Virus record (IMG/VR): IMGVR_UViG_3300030419_008158
Coordinates: 62,001-126,000 of that record
Length of the DNA: 64,000 nucleotides
Strand: one strand, 5' to 3'
Shown: piece after piece, positions 9,858 through 19,564 of the stretch
Layout: each line of letters opens with the position of its first letter
How positions within the stretch are numbered: position 1 is the first letter of the stretch
Translations under genes and position numbers: made by a program
The notes under the pieces: model-generated
What the model saw: the letters and a program-made list of their open reading frames with translations, nothing else
The model's database searches: none
Told to the model about the DNA's origin: nothing

Positions 9858-9865
9858 TAAGTATC
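9858..9865 (-). promoter_or_regulatory. Putative late promoter motif GATACTTA upstream of the sheath genes
   Basis: ATAnTTA motif in the 104-nt intergenic gap. Confidence 0.55.
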
Positions 9866-9926
9866 TGTTTCAAAGTAAAATTGCACCAATTCGTGACTGT
9901 ATATTTTTTTTATCCACCACATTATC

Positions 9927-11261
9927 TTAAATAACTTCCCTGTAAACGACTTCACCTTTTCTACTGGTACGTGTCTTTACATAGGACCTAACGTCCTCAT
10001 TGTCACCCGTAAAAGGATTAACTTCATTTTCTAGAACTGTAGTTCTTACAGGTGTTCCACTCCCTCCCTTTTCTTGCGAACCCGTCACAAAAGCTGGGTA
10101 AGAGACGATATCATTTGATGCACCGCCAATCAGGGCAGTATCTTCCTGGTCAAAATTGGTCACTCCTGGGTGTCGAGGATCAGTGGAAGACCTACTTCTT
10201 GCACCTGCTATCGATTGACCTGGAAGTGGCGCATTAATATTTCTATCGTCTAAAATATAATCATTCGGATCGCCACTTGGAATGTTAGAATTTTTTACCT
10301 GATTTTCTATCTCACCATTGACAAAATTCATCCCAAATGTAAGTTGAGGTGCTGATGTTGTTGAGCGAAGTCTGTTTGGAGCACCCGGATATGTTTCTCC
10401 CAACAAATAACCAGGAACCTTTAGGGTAAATGATGTTCTGATTATTCTCTCGTCATCTGTAAAATCATCAAAATTATTGCCTGGATCAAAATTTGATTCC
10501 AAATAAGCTACAAATGTATATCCTTTTTTTGTTTCTAGACGAAAAGTTCGACCACCATAACTTTGCATGTTAGACATTATTGCCATTTCGATATCATTCA
10601 TTTGCTGGATGTACTGTGCCCATATCGTTACTTCATATGTTGCTGTTATGAACTGTACGGGAGGCATTTCGATAACTTCGAATATATTGTTCTTGTTGTC
10701 TAAATCCAACAAGTTTCCTCTTCTAACACCCAAAGGAACAAGCGAGCCTGCCCTTCTAGAAGCTATTCGACCGGGTTGTGCATTCTGGTATGCTTTTGAT
10801 CCTGTTGTAATAAATGCAGCCTGGGTCGGAAGGTCATCAGAGCTCACCAAGCCGAGCTTATTTACAATTCTTTGATATCTTGCATCCTTTTTTGAAAGCT
10901 TCTTTTTTATAATATGTGGTACCGACTGGTTAGATGCAAGACCCATCTCGTTTTGCGACACCACACCCTGTCTCATCATTGACACTACAGGTAAAATTAG
11001 GGCATTATTTTTATCTCTTAGTGGTTTTTTTCTCGCAATAAGCGCAAATCTTTCACCTGCAGCAAAAACCACAGGAACCCTTTTTGTTTTCTTTTTGTAT
11101 GTGTAGTGAATTGGTAGATCACGATCAAATAAATCAAACACAGCACGATCTATATCTTCTATGGTGCAGCTAGGAATCTCTAGAATTGCATCTGATGCAT
11201 TTTCTTTGTCAATTGGTACCGTACCTTGGAGGTGAGCCTCTGTTGTCTCTCTAATACTCAT
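9927..11261 (-). CDS. Tail completion / sheath stabiliser (gp15-like)
   Basis: VPVVFAAGERF, LILPVVSM, P....TYEVTIW..YIQQMNDI and ERIIRTSFTL match gp15-like proteins; located between neck and sheath genes. Confidence 0.7.
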   Translation of the reverse strand: MSIRETTEAHLQGTVPIDKENASDAILEIPSCTIEDIDRAVFDLFDRDLPIHYTYKKKTKRVPVVFAAGERFALIARKKPLRDKNNALILPVVSMMRQGVVSQNEMGLASNQSVPHIIKKKLSKKDARYQRIVNKLGLVSSDDLPTQAAFITTGSKAYQNAQPGRIASRRAGSLVPLGVRRGNLLDLDNKNNIFEVIEMPPVQFITATYEVTIWAQYIQQMNDIEMAIMSNMQSYGGRTFRLETKKGYTFVAYLESNFDPGNNFDDFTDDERIIRTSFTLKVPGYLLGETYPGAPNRLRSTTSAPQLTFGMNFVNGEIENQVKNSNIPSGDPNDYILDDRNINAPLPGQSIAGARSRSSTDPRHPGVTNFDQEDTALIGGASNDIVSYPAFVTGSQEKGGSGTPVRTTVLENEVNPFTGDNEDVRSYVKTRTSRKGEVVYREVI

Positions 11262-11264
11262 AAA

Positions 11265-11930
11265 CTAGCTCTCATCATAAAAAGAAGACGATATTCCCGA
11301 ATCATCTCCTTGAGGTGATACTTCAGCTGGGCCTGAAATTGGTTTTGTGAGTGTGCCGTTTTTCTGCAACTCTCTTACATCCCCTGTTTTGCCTAAACGA
11401 TTCTCATCAAATCCTCGTTGTTGCACAAATGTTTCCTGTACTGACCCAGGATCTGTATAACTTTCGTCTGTAGGGCCATGTGGAACAAGATCAATCTGTC
11501 CTTGACGTGCCTGCTTCCCAAGCAACTGAACGCCCATTGCATGTTCAATTTGCCCATAAATGTTTGACTCTACTTGTTGTTGAATTATTTCAAAAAAAGT
11601 TGCATCATAAGAAAAGTAATCTCCAATTCGAACGTCTATGTTTCTATCAAGCAAGTCTCGATTGTGAAGATAGACATTAATATCATAAACTCCTTCGGCG
11701 CCGTATCTATTAGTTCTTATAGACTCGGGTTGATATTCTACCCTGGCTTCAATTTCTATAGGCACGTCGAAAACCTTATTGAGTGACTCTTCGTACACAT
11801 CATGTATTTTTGTTACATCGTGTCTGACGGCGTAATAGTATATTTTTTGACCTACAACGTCTTTGATAAGCTCTTTATTGACGTCGTTTATGAAATCAAT
11901 TTCTCTGGGTGATAAAAATAGACGAGACAT
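11265..11930 (-). CDS. Neck / head closure protein (gp14-like)
   Basis: ELIKDVVGQKIYYY, VYEE and IGDYFSY...FFEI motifs; synteny. Confidence 0.7.
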   Translation of the reverse strand: MSRLFLSPREIDFINDVNKELIKDVVGQKIYYYAVRHDVTKIHDVYEESLNKVFDVPIEIEARVEYQPESIRTNRYGAEGVYDINVYLHNRDLLDRNIDVRIGDYFSYDATFFEIIQQQVESNIYGQIEHAMGVQLLGKQARQGQIDLVPHGPTDESYTDPGSVQETFVQQRGFDENRLGKTGDVRELQKNGTLTKPISGPAEVSPQGDDSGISSSFYDES

Positions 11931-11935
11931 TTACT

Positions 11936-13105
11936 TCACCCTATAAAAATTGCGCGGCCGTTAGGTATCGGTATTTTCTTGAGAATGTTTGTCAAGCTGT
12001 CAGAAGCCGCGGCTTCGTCCTCAAGCATCTTACTGTAAGTTAGCTCTTCCAGCATTTCAGACAACTTGGTTCTTAAGCTTTCTTTTTCTTCTCTTCCCTG
12101 AGAAATCAGATCTGCGCCGTTTAACTGCAAGTCTCCTCCCGGAATTGGCACAGAAGAAAACTTACTCCTTACAAGCCCTAAAAGCTCCTTTGACAAAGCT
12201 ATTGTATACTGCCTGACCCACTGTCGGCCGACAGAGTTCACCTTAGAGAAAGAAAGATTTCCAAAAGGTACATTTGACATGTTTGAAACCCCATAAATTC
12301 CGGGATCATCAATAGATGGATTCATGGGGTCTGGAGCAAACTGGACTCTCATCCATAATTTTTTTGGATCAGACTTTGTTGGAACGGGAAAAATTCTAAT
12401 ATTTTGCCCGATCACCTTGTAAGAATAATTTGATCGCCTCACCCTGCTCGACATGTCCAGCTGTCCGCCGCGCAGTACGTCCTCGAATACAGGTAAAACA
12501 TAAAAAACAGTTTCAGGCGTAAAGGACTCAAAAGAAAACTCATTGTTCAGGTAGTTTATTGCGCTTGTGCTGTCAAAAAATCTATAAGCTGCCTGGCCTG
12601 AAAAATGAAACACTTCCATGATTTTCATTTTCGAAGAAGATGTGTTTAGACTGCTTGAAAAAATTAAGTTACCAGAATCGTCTTTTAGTGTGTCATAAAT
12701 GTTATAATCTTGCTGATCCTTTACTAGAGTAATAGAGCCTGAGATTGCATTATAAGAGCCCCCGAGGCCCGCTTCCATAGCATACGGCTCAGCTCTTCTA
12801 AGCATAAACTCCAAATTTTCTCTTGGGAATCTTTGCTCGAACCCTTCTAGCGTACCTGTAGCAAATCCCAATAAGTTTGCTAACTGTGATTTAATCTGGT
12901 ATTGGTTTATGAGTGAGCCATATTCACAAAAAGACTCTTCAAAGCATGCCCATATCTGCTTTTTTGTCAATTCCACGCTAAGAACATCATCACCCAGCTT
13001 TCTCTTGACAAACGTGACCATTGCGTCAGCTTCTGTTTGAAACTGCGTGTCGCTGTCAAATAAACCGAACGGGGTGGGATTTAGCGTGTTTAGAAAACTT
13101 GTCAT
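11936..13105 (-). CDS. Neck protein (gp13-like head-tail adaptor)
   Basis: RKLGDDVLSVEL, WVRQYTIALSKELLGLVRSKF and PGGDLQLNG are gp13 hallmarks. Start moved to ATG 13105 behind GGAG. Confidence 0.85.
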   Translation of the reverse strand: MTSFLNTLNPTPFGLFDSDTQFQTEADAMVTFVKRKLGDDVLSVELTKKQIWACFEESFCEYGSLINQYQIKSQLANLLGFATGTLEGFEQRFPRENLEFMLRRAEPYAMEAGLGGSYNAISGSITLVKDQQDYNIYDTLKDDSGNLIFSSSLNTSSSKMKIMEVFHFSGQAAYRFFDSTSAINYLNNEFSFESFTPETVFYVLPVFEDVLRGGQLDMSSRVRRSNYSYKVIGQNIRIFPVPTKSDPKKLWMRVQFAPDPMNPSIDDPGIYGVSNMSNVPFGNLSFSKVNSVGRQWVRQYTIALSKELLGLVRSKFSSVPIPGGDLQLNGADLISQGREEKESLRTKLSEMLEELTYSKMLEDEAAASDSLTNILKKIPIPNGRAIFIG

Positions 13106-13120
13106 TGGCAACTCCAATGA

Positions 13121-13129
13121 CTAAATATC
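13121..13129 (-). promoter_or_regulatory. Putative late promoter motif GATATTTAG upstream of neck genes
   Basis: Exact consensus copy in the intergenic gap. Confidence 0.6.
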
Positions 13130-13148
13130 TTTTAGAATGATTTTTGTA

Positions 13149-13478
13149 CTAAACGAATTTTTCTACGAAAAGAACTGCTGCCATTAAAAATTGAATCACT
13201 GCAAAGACTGTAATAGCCTTTGTTTTGAATTTTTCAAGATCAGCAACTTGATCACGAAGATCTCTCATTTGACTGGGTGAATATATTTCATCCACTTTTT
13301 CCTTCCATGATCTAAGCTCATCAACCTTATCTTCTCTAACTTGCATTTTAGCAATTTCTTGCTTTACAGTTTGCAATTCATCTTTGAGATTATCAATGCC
13401 GTCAGAAAGTGTCTCTAGCTCTTTGAGAACTAGCCTTGAATACTCGTTCCAGCCATTTTGTTGATCATTAGCCATCAC
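13149..13478 (-). CDS. Coiled-coil protein with C-terminal transmembrane helix (holin-like / membrane anchor, function unknown)
   Basis: Heptad-rich body followed by AITVFAVIQFLMAAVLFV; ATGA overlap with the PAS gene. Confidence 0.6.
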   Translation of the reverse strand: MMANDQQNGWNEYSRLVLKELETLSDGIDNLKDELQTVKQEIAKMQVREDKVDELRSWKEKVDEIYSPSQMRDLRDQVADLEKFKTKAITVFAVIQFLMAAVLFVEKFV

Positions 13479-14029
13479 TCTTCCTCACTTTCTAATAATA
13501 AATGACGCAGCCTACTAGAACTTAGTGCTCTTTCTGCCTTTTGATGAATTATTTTATATGCACCTCTTCTTCCTTGTGTCTCTTTAAAGATATCTTCTAG
13601 ACAAGAAAGTATTATTGCATTCGATGTAACGTCCCAAGATACACCGGTGACTCCGCAAACCTTTCCATTGTCGTCTTTGCGAGGAAGAAGCTTAACATAA
13701 AAAACACTGTCTTTCGACTTGGCAAAATAGTCAACTTTTTCCCCACAAAGAGCTTTTTCATGTTTTTCAATGGACAAGCTCTTAACCTCTGGGCAAAGAA
13801 AAAGATTTTCTAAGCAGTTTGCTTCATGCGCAACAAACCCATTACCTCTTTTTGAAAGTATTGTTCTTTCTAAAGATATAGACCACATAGTCACAGGAAT
13901 AGGAAATGTTTCAAAAAACTCCTCAAAAAGGCGCATGTCTTTTTTTAGCTGATCGTCTCGATCGCTCAATTCGTTAACTAGATCATGCAATCTAGTCATA
14001 CTTTTTCTTCTTGAGGATTTGCTTTTCAT
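13475..14029 (-). CDS. Stand-alone PAS (PAS_4-like) domain protein
   Basis: N-terminal coiled coil, FFETFPIPVTMW, HEKALCGEKV and the PAC-like VKLLPRKDDNGKVCGVTGVSWDVT, followed by a short helix; no output domain. Confidence 0.75.
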   Translation of the reverse strand: MKSKSSRRKSMTRLHDLVNELSDRDDQLKKDMRLFEEFFETFPIPVTMWSISLERTILSKRGNGFVAHEANCLENLFLCPEVKSLSIEKHEKALCGEKVDYFAKSKDSVFYVKLLPRKDDNGKVCGVTGVSWDVTSNAIILSCLEDIFKETQGRRGAYKIIHQKAERALSSSRLRHLLLESEEE

Positions 14030-14308
14030 TTAAAGCAAGCTCTTTACTCGATCCCATACCCAGTGCCAACGTGAGGCGCCGAGTGCTTGCTCCCCTTCTT
14101 TAACGATCAGAAGTATGTCTTCAATATCTTTGGGTGAAAGAGTTCTATCAGCATCTCTAATTGCGCCTCTAACTAGATCCCAATCTGGACCCGCATCTTT
14201 TTTCGGAGCAGAAGCCCTTTCAGCTCCAGCAGCTTTCTTTGGTGCAGACTTCTTTGGTGCAGCCTTCTTGGGCGCTGCGGTCTTTTTTGTCTCTTTTTTC
14301 AATGCCAT
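14030..14308 (-). CDS. Small basic protein with histone H1-like Lys/Ala/Pro repeats
   Basis: KKTAAPKKAAPKKSAPKKAAG; GGAGG RBS before ATG 14308. Confidence 0.7.
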   Translation of the reverse strand: MALKKETKKTAAPKKAAPKKSAPKKAAGAERASAPKKDAGPDWDLVRGAIRDADRTLSPKDIEDILLIVKEGEQALGASRWHWVWDRVKSLL

Positions 14309-14340
14309 GATTTCCTCCAAGCACATTTATTTGACAAATT

Positions 14341-14349
14341 CTAAATATG
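14341..14349 (-). promoter_or_regulatory. Putative late promoter motif CATATTTAG for the three-gene PAS cassette
   Basis: Motif lies just downstream of the MCP terminator. Confidence 0.6.
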
Positions 14350-14385
14350 CCTTCTAACAAAACAGACATACGAATTGTTTGAATT

Positions 14386-14418
14386 AAAAAAAAGGGCCCG
14401 GCCAAAATGACCGGGCCC
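14386..14418 (-). terminator. Rho-independent terminator after major capsid gene
   Basis: Minus strand GGGCCCGGTCA-TTT-TGGCCGGGCCC followed by T8. Confidence 0.9.
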
Positions 14419-14442
14419 AACGAACCAACTTATCTAATCAGA

Positions 14443-16323
14443 TTAGATAATGTTCATATCGAGGCACGTAACTGTACCGTAGAAGTCGGAACGAACCATC
14501 TTCTTACCGTATCGAGTCATGACACCCTTTCTCGGGGTGAAGTCCTCAGGAGCGAAGATAGTAGGCGTTACGATCAGCGGTACGTACGGAGCATAGACGT
14601 AGCCAGTCTCGAGGTAGCTTCCACCCTTGTAGCCGACGAGGACCTTGTTCCGTGGGAAGTAAGGATCCTTGTAGACTGTGAAGCGGTTGCTAAGAGTACC
14701 AACCTTGTCAGCACCGATGACCATTCCGCTTACCTGTCCGTCTCCATCCAGTGAGAACGAAGGCTTGAAGTAAACCGAAGCCTCGAGGATGGTGGCAACG
14801 TCAGGACCGACAACAACAAAGTTTGCCGAGCCGCGGAGCGTCTTACGGTGAATCTCATTTGCAACATCGATGATGGTTTCGATGAGAGTCTCGTACCACT
14901 CACGAACGGTACCAGTGAAGTTCGGACCAGGAGCATTGGAGCCAGTTCTAAGAACTTCTGCACCAGTTTTCTTGTTGACGAACTTACCGGGCGAACGTGA
15001 CCAGTAGTAAGTAGCCGCACCTGCCTGGGTGAGAAGATCATTGAGGATCTCTCGATCAAGCTCTAGAGCGATCTGCTCGGACAGAATCTGAGTAAGCTCA
15101 ACCTCAGCGTCGAGGCTGTGGTAAGCATTCAAGTCCTGTGCCAGTTCTGGAGACCAACGAGCGCGAAGCTTGCGAGTCTCAGCAACAACAGCAATACTCT
15201 CCACCTTGATATCAATCTCTGGGATTGCAGGTGAAGGTGTCGACCCAAAGTCAGATTCAAACGCCGGGATGACGAGAGTGTCTGCAGCATTGGAATCGCT
15301 ATCTAGACCAGCTGAAAGGACCTTACCTAAGTTCATGGTTCCGGCAGCAGTTCCGGCAGCATTTGCACCTGAGCAAATCATCAGCAGCGCAGCATTTGTC
15401 GTGCTAGCTGTTACGAGAGGATCGGGTGTAAATGTAGAACCATCCCAAGTACCAAGCTGGTTGAGACGACGAACGTTAGCTGATGTTCCTCGCTGAATGG
15501 CCTTTCCGTCGGTGTCGTTTCCAACTGCCTTGTACGGACCAACTGCTGGGATTGTGAACTCCTTCACAAGTGAAAGATCAGCATTGTTGAAGTCAGAGCT
15601 ATTATCAAGATCAACGAGGACCGCTGTGTAAACAGCATCACCGCTACCTTCACCGGCACCAACTGAGTTGTTCTCAATAGCATTGGTAATCTGCGGATCA
15701 AACTGCAAGAGCTTTCCGTCTGTACCGGTTGCGACAAGAACGTTTCCAACTGCGAATGTACCCGTTCCAGCATCAGCACCTGATGCTAGCAGTGTTACGT
15801 CAATATTTCCGTAAACACGGGAGAATCCGGATCCAGCAAGGTCATATTGACCGCCAACTGCCAACGATCCAGAGCGAACGCCCTTACCAGCAGGATCATT
15901 GTAAATTGAAGAACCTGTGGGGTAAGGATCGGAATCTCCGACTGATCCAGCCAATGCACCACCGTATGTGTAGTCCAAGTAAAAGAGCAGACCGGAAGGA
16001 AGGCTCATGGGCTGGATGGAAACGAGATCGTTAGCGATGAGTCCGCCAAAAACGCGTCGAACGATCGGAAAAGCGATGTTTGTGAAACCACGAAGATCGC
16101 CTGAAGAAGAAAGGTTGCCGCCACCGGTTGAAACCGAGGAAGCCTCCTTAAGAACCTGACTCGCCTGATTTTCAAGCATGCGAGCCATATTTTCACGGTG
16201 TGTACCGTCGAGGCCTCGAAGCAAACCGGTTCGGTTCCACTTCTCGACCAACTGCTTATTCTGAGAGCCCAAGTGGCGAGCTCGGATCCCCTCAGTCAGC
16301 ATTTCAAGATTAAAACTAGACAT
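14443..16323 (-). CDS. gp23: Major capsid protein (T4 gp23-like)
   Basis: LLRGL..ENMARMLENQ, FPIVRRVF, VSIQPMSLPSGLLF, TRKLRARWSPELAQDLNAYH, YAPYVPL and PRKGVMTRY. Confidence 0.97.
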   Translation of the reverse strand: MSSFNLEMLTEGIRARHLGSQNKQLVEKWNRTGLLRGLDGTHRENMARMLENQASQVLKEASSVSTGGGNLSSSGDLRGFTNIAFPIVRRVFGGLIANDLVSIQPMSLPSGLLFYLDYTYGGALAGSVGDSDPYPTGSSIYNDPAGKGVRSGSLAVGGQYDLAGSGFSRVYGNIDVTLLASGADAGTGTFAVGNVLVATGTDGKLLQFDPQITNAIENNSVGAGEGSGDAVYTAVLVDLDNSSDFNNADLSLVKEFTIPAVGPYKAVGNDTDGKAIQRGTSANVRRLNQLGTWDGSTFTPDPLVTASTTNAALLMICSGANAAGTAAGTMNLGKVLSAGLDSDSNAADTLVIPAFESDFGSTPSPAIPEIDIKVESIAVVAETRKLRARWSPELAQDLNAYHSLDAEVELTQILSEQIALELDREILNDLLTQAGAATYYWSRSPGKFVNKKTGAEVLRTGSNAPGPNFTGTVREWYETLIETIIDVANEIHRKTLRGSANFVVVGPDVATILEASVYFKPSFSLDGDGQVSGMVIGADKVGTLSNRFTVYKDPYFPRNKVLVGYKGGSYLETGYVYAPYVPLIVTPTIFAPEDFTPRKGVMTRYGKKMVRSDFYGTVTCLDMNII

Positions 16324-16370
16324 TTTTATTTCTCCTAATGAATTTGTCTAAACGAATAAATGAATTGGCC

Positions 16371-17987
16371 TTATTTGCCAATTCCAGCCAAGACTGCCCA
16401 TCTATCCGTCTCAACGCCATTCTTGGAAGGCTGTGCCGACCGGGTTGATCTGGAGGACGATCCGAGAGTCCTTCTAACAGACTCGCTAAGGGTCTTACCA
16501 CTACGGCCTCTCCGCGCGAGTGACTCGGAGAGAGACTTATAAAGCAGCTTTGCTTCACGGAGCGTCTTGGCATTATCTAAAGCCTCAACAATTGCTCTTT
16601 GCTGTTTTACAGTCAAGTTTTTATTTTGCAGAAGCTTATTTGCATAAAGCAGCTTCGCATTGAATAGATTCATTTCAACAAGCTGTCTCTTAAGTTGAGA
16701 AGCAGCCTTCTTGTACTCAGCAGCCTCACGAAGTGCTTTTCTAACTGCTGTATTTCTTCGGGCAGGACGTCTTGATCGGGGTCGTCGACTCTCTGTCACT
16801 GTTCCGAGTTCATCTGCAAGAACATTGAGAAGAGTATCTTCGTCGACTTCAATTACGTCACCAACTGACTCTCCGTCACCAAAGTTATCAAGAACGGCAT
16901 CATCGACACCCTCTTCTTGCTCTCTAAGACGACGTGCTTTTCTTAGGCGACTAAGCTCTCGTCGAAGAACTGATTCATCGATCTCATAAATCTCCTCCAG
17001 CTCGACGTCCTCTTCTTCAGCTTCCGCGTCATCTCCGAGCTCTAGATCGTCATCGTCCTCGAGCTCGTCATCAACAACTTCAACATCCAAACCGAGAGCA
17101 TCTCCAAGATCCTCTAGCGCAGTAGTAGCTGCATCAACATCTACATCTTCTCCGCCGGCCTCTTCAACCTCTACATCGTCGACTTCGACCTCTTCGGCCT
17201 CCATCTCATCCTGTTCGTACATTCCTTCTTTCTTCATCTCAGCATCCTCCGCTTCGAAGAGAAAGTCGAAAATGTTCTTCTTGTGCTTCACTGACATTTC
17301 TCTCATCTCCTTTATGGTAGAATTCAGCCTTTTGACGAGGCGCTGAGAACCTCTTCCACTTTGCCGCAAATCGATTTGAAGAGAGACCGCCTCTCTTACT
17401 AGCGATGTGAAGCTTAGTTCGAGTCGATGCTGCTGGTCAGAGCTAATTCGGCTCTCCCTAACAACACCCATTACATCCCGGAGCTTTTTTACTCTTTCTT
17501 CGAGACGTGTAATTCTATGTTCGAGATTTTTATCTTGTACAAAATCTCTTTTGATTAGTTTAGCAAATGCTTCTGCCATTGTGAGATCCGTCATCAACTC
17601 TCCGTCCTCATCGCCCTCTTCTTCGGAAGGCTCGACTTCAATATTGACGTCTCCTGCAGCGAAAACAGAAACTGCAGCATCTGATGCTGCATCCATCACT
17701 TCTTCGCCAAAATCTACATCAGGCATATTATCTACTATGGAATCCAGGTTCAGATCAGCAGTATCCTCAACGGGTTGCATATCTAGGGAATCTTCAGCGG
17801 GCTCTAAAGAAAAATCTTCTTCATCTTCCTCAGCGTCAAACTCTTCCTGTTCGAATAGAATTCTGTTATTGATCATTTTTCTAATTTGAGGAGTTATCGT
17901 TTCCATAATACGATCTTTTGCAGATTGCTCTGCAACCTCTCTTATCTTTTTTGCATCAAGTAATGCTTCGTCATACAATCTAGACAT
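16371..17987 (-). CDS. Prohead core / scaffolding protein (gp22-like position)
   Basis: Highly acidic with coiled coils, EMNLFNAKLLYANK and C-terminal RWAVLAGI; immediately upstream of MCP. Start set at ATG 17987 behind GAGGTG. Confidence 0.8.
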   Translation of the reverse strand: MSRLYDEALLDAKKIREVAEQSAKDRIMETITPQIRKMINNRILFEQEEFDAEEDEEDFSLEPAEDSLDMQPVEDTADLNLDSIVDNMPDVDFGEEVMDAASDAAVSVFAAGDVNIEVEPSEEEGDEDGELMTDLTMAEAFAKLIKRDFVQDKNLEHRITRLEERVKKLRDVMGVVRESRISSDQQHRLELSFTSLVREAVSLQIDLRQSGRGSQRLVKRLNSTIKEMREMSVKHKKNIFDFLFEAEDAEMKKEGMYEQDEMEAEEVEVDDVEVEEAGGEDVDVDAATTALEDLGDALGLDVEVVDDELEDDDDLELGDDAEAEEEDVELEEIYEIDESVLRRELSRLRKARRLREQEEGVDDAVLDNFGDGESVGDVIEVDEDTLLNVLADELGTVTESRRPRSRRPARRNTAVRKALREAAEYKKAASQLKRQLVEMNLFNAKLLYANKLLQNKNLTVKQQRAIVEALDNAKTLREAKLLYKSLSESLARRGRSGKTLSESVRRTLGSSSRSTRSAQPSKNGVETDRWAVLAGIGK

Positions 17988-18001
17988 GCTCACCTCTGTC
18001 A

Positions 18002-18010
18002 CTAACTATC
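18002..18010 (-). promoter_or_regulatory. Putative late promoter motif GATAGTTAG for scaffold-MCP
   Basis: ATAnTTA copy overlapping the stop codon of the upstream gene. Confidence 0.45.
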
Positions 18011-18631
18011 TACTAAGTTTGGAAAACCATCTTCAATTGACTTCTTTTTTGCCAAATCTTCTAGCGTGTAAGTATCACCCTCGTCTTCAAATTCATCTTT
18101 AGACACCTCATCTTCGTAATTTAGGGGCGGTGGAGACTTAGACCAGCCCTGCAAAGTTCCTGTTCTTTTAAAGCTAGAACCTCCGGATCCGGGGGCAGAA
18201 AATGCTGCACTATTACCAGAGAGTGATGGTCCTTTTCCCTTGTAAGCTTGAGGAACAGACGACATAGAATCAGAAAATACAGCAATTTCTTGTAAAACTT
18301 TTTCTTGTCGCCAAAAACAATCAGAAAGCTTTGTGTTACCACCAACAAAATAAAATGGGTCTGAACTATTTCCTGCTAAAGAGTCTGTCGCAGAGTAATC
18401 TAGACTTTTTTTCGAAACTGCCTCTAAAGAGTCATCTGACATTTCTATGTCCAGGACATCTTCATATTCATCTGGTTCTCTGTAGGGAAAAGATCCGTTT
18501 AGACTTCTGGGAGACTGGAACTTTGTTTTAGTGGTTCCATAACCCAAATCAATTCTCGCATCATTATGACTAACAGCAGCTACATGTGAAGCCGGGCTGG
18601 ATGTTCCTTGTCTTCTAGAGGGTTCGGCCAT
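18002..18631 (-). CDS. Hypothetical protein in head module
   Basis: 209-aa ORF packed between head genes. Confidence 0.6.
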   Translation of the reverse strand: MAEPSRRQGTSSPASHVAAVSHNDARIDLGYGTTKTKFQSPRSLNGSFPYREPDEYEDVLDIEMSDDSLEAVSKKSLDYSATDSLAGNSSDPFYFVGGNTKLSDCFWRQEKVLQEIAVFSDSMSSVPQAYKGKGPSLSGNSAAFSAPGSGGSSFKRTGTLQGWSKSPPPLNYEDEVSKDEFEDEGDTYTLEDLAKKKSIEDGFPNLVDS

Positions 18632-18658
18632 GTTCGTAAGACCTTATCTGCTTTATTC

Positions 18659-19231
18659 CTAGCTTCCCTGACGATCGACGATCGACTTGGCTTGGTCTTT
18701 TAGGTTAGCACGAGTCGTGATATTGTCGCCCACAAATGCAGATCCGTTTGGAGATAACTTATCAACAAATGCATCAGGTGCATCAGGCTTAGTATCTGGC
18801 GTTATGCTTCCTTCACCCGGTGACGTTGGATTAGGAACAAAACCAGTAGCCGGCTTATGCTTTACATTGGCGTCACTAAGTGCTTGTTCTGCTAAGTTAG
18901 GTGGAGACGGATTGCCGTCAACATCATTGTTCCCAAAGTCCAAGTCATATGTACCTAGGCCGAACGACGAATCTGTTACAGTTCCCTTAACGACGTTTGA
19001 AATATACCACTGACGAAGTTTCTCGGGATCAGAATAGTCCAGTTTGTCTGCTTCACCAGGAGCTTCAATTGAAGACTCTGAATATCCCACTAAGGGAGAG
19101 CCTCTAAATATGTTGAGCAAGGACGAGTTATTGCGTGTCCCTTTAGCGCCCTCGACGCCGGCGCCGCCAGCACCCGCTGTATCTGGCTCTATTGAGTTTT
19201 GTCTATGATTTGTCTTTACTTCAATGGCCAC
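18659..19231 (-). CDS. Hypothetical Gly/Pro/Ser-rich virion protein (head module)
   Basis: 190-aa ORF with GGGAGG RBS and a PNPTSPGEGS motif. Confidence 0.65.
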   Translation of the reverse strand: MAIEVKTNHRQNSIEPDTAGAGGAGVEGAKGTRNNSSLLNIFRGSPLVGYSESSIEAPGEADKLDYSDPEKLRQWYISNVVKGTVTDSSFGLGTYDLDFGNNDVDGNPSPPNLAEQALSDANVKHKPATGFVPNPTSPGEGSITPDTKPDAPDAFVDKLSPNGSAFVGDNITTRANLKDQAKSIVDRQGS

Positions 19232-19251
19232 TTTTCGACCCTCCCCTTATT

Positions 19252-19533
19252 TTAAACGCGCTTGGCAATCCTATTGGCAAGACGCTGTTTTGTTTCACGA
19301 ATTTTCTTTATTCGCTTGACAAGCTTCTTTTCTTGTATCTTTAGAACTTTGATATGATCTATGTCTTTTTCAAGCGAGTCAGCATACTCATCTGCATCAA
19401 CTTCTTCTGCATCGACCTTTTCAGTCGGCTCGAGATCACCACCAGTGATAGCTTCTGCCTGTAGCTTTCTTGCTTCTTCTACAACAATCCTTTTCAGGAA
19501 ATTAGGTGTAATTTTTCTAACTCTTTTTGCCAT
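19252..19533 (-). CDS. Putative internal head protein with KIT...LKRIV.EE leader
   Basis: RKITPNFLKRIVVEE leader, acidic middle and basic coiled-coil end; GGAG RBS. Confidence 0.6.
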   Translation of the reverse strand: MAKRVRKITPNFLKRIVVEEARKLQAEAITGGDLEPTEKVDAEEVDADEYADSLEKDIDHIKVLKIQEKKLVKRIKKIRETKQRLANRIAKRV

Positions 19534-19564
19534 TTTTATCTCCATTCGCTTATGCGATCATTAG

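Noticed and set aside
1-11261. Extracellular contractile injection system or tailocin (multiple sheaths)
   Set aside because: Capsid, portal, protease, terminase and neck genes are all present, so this is a head-tail phage.
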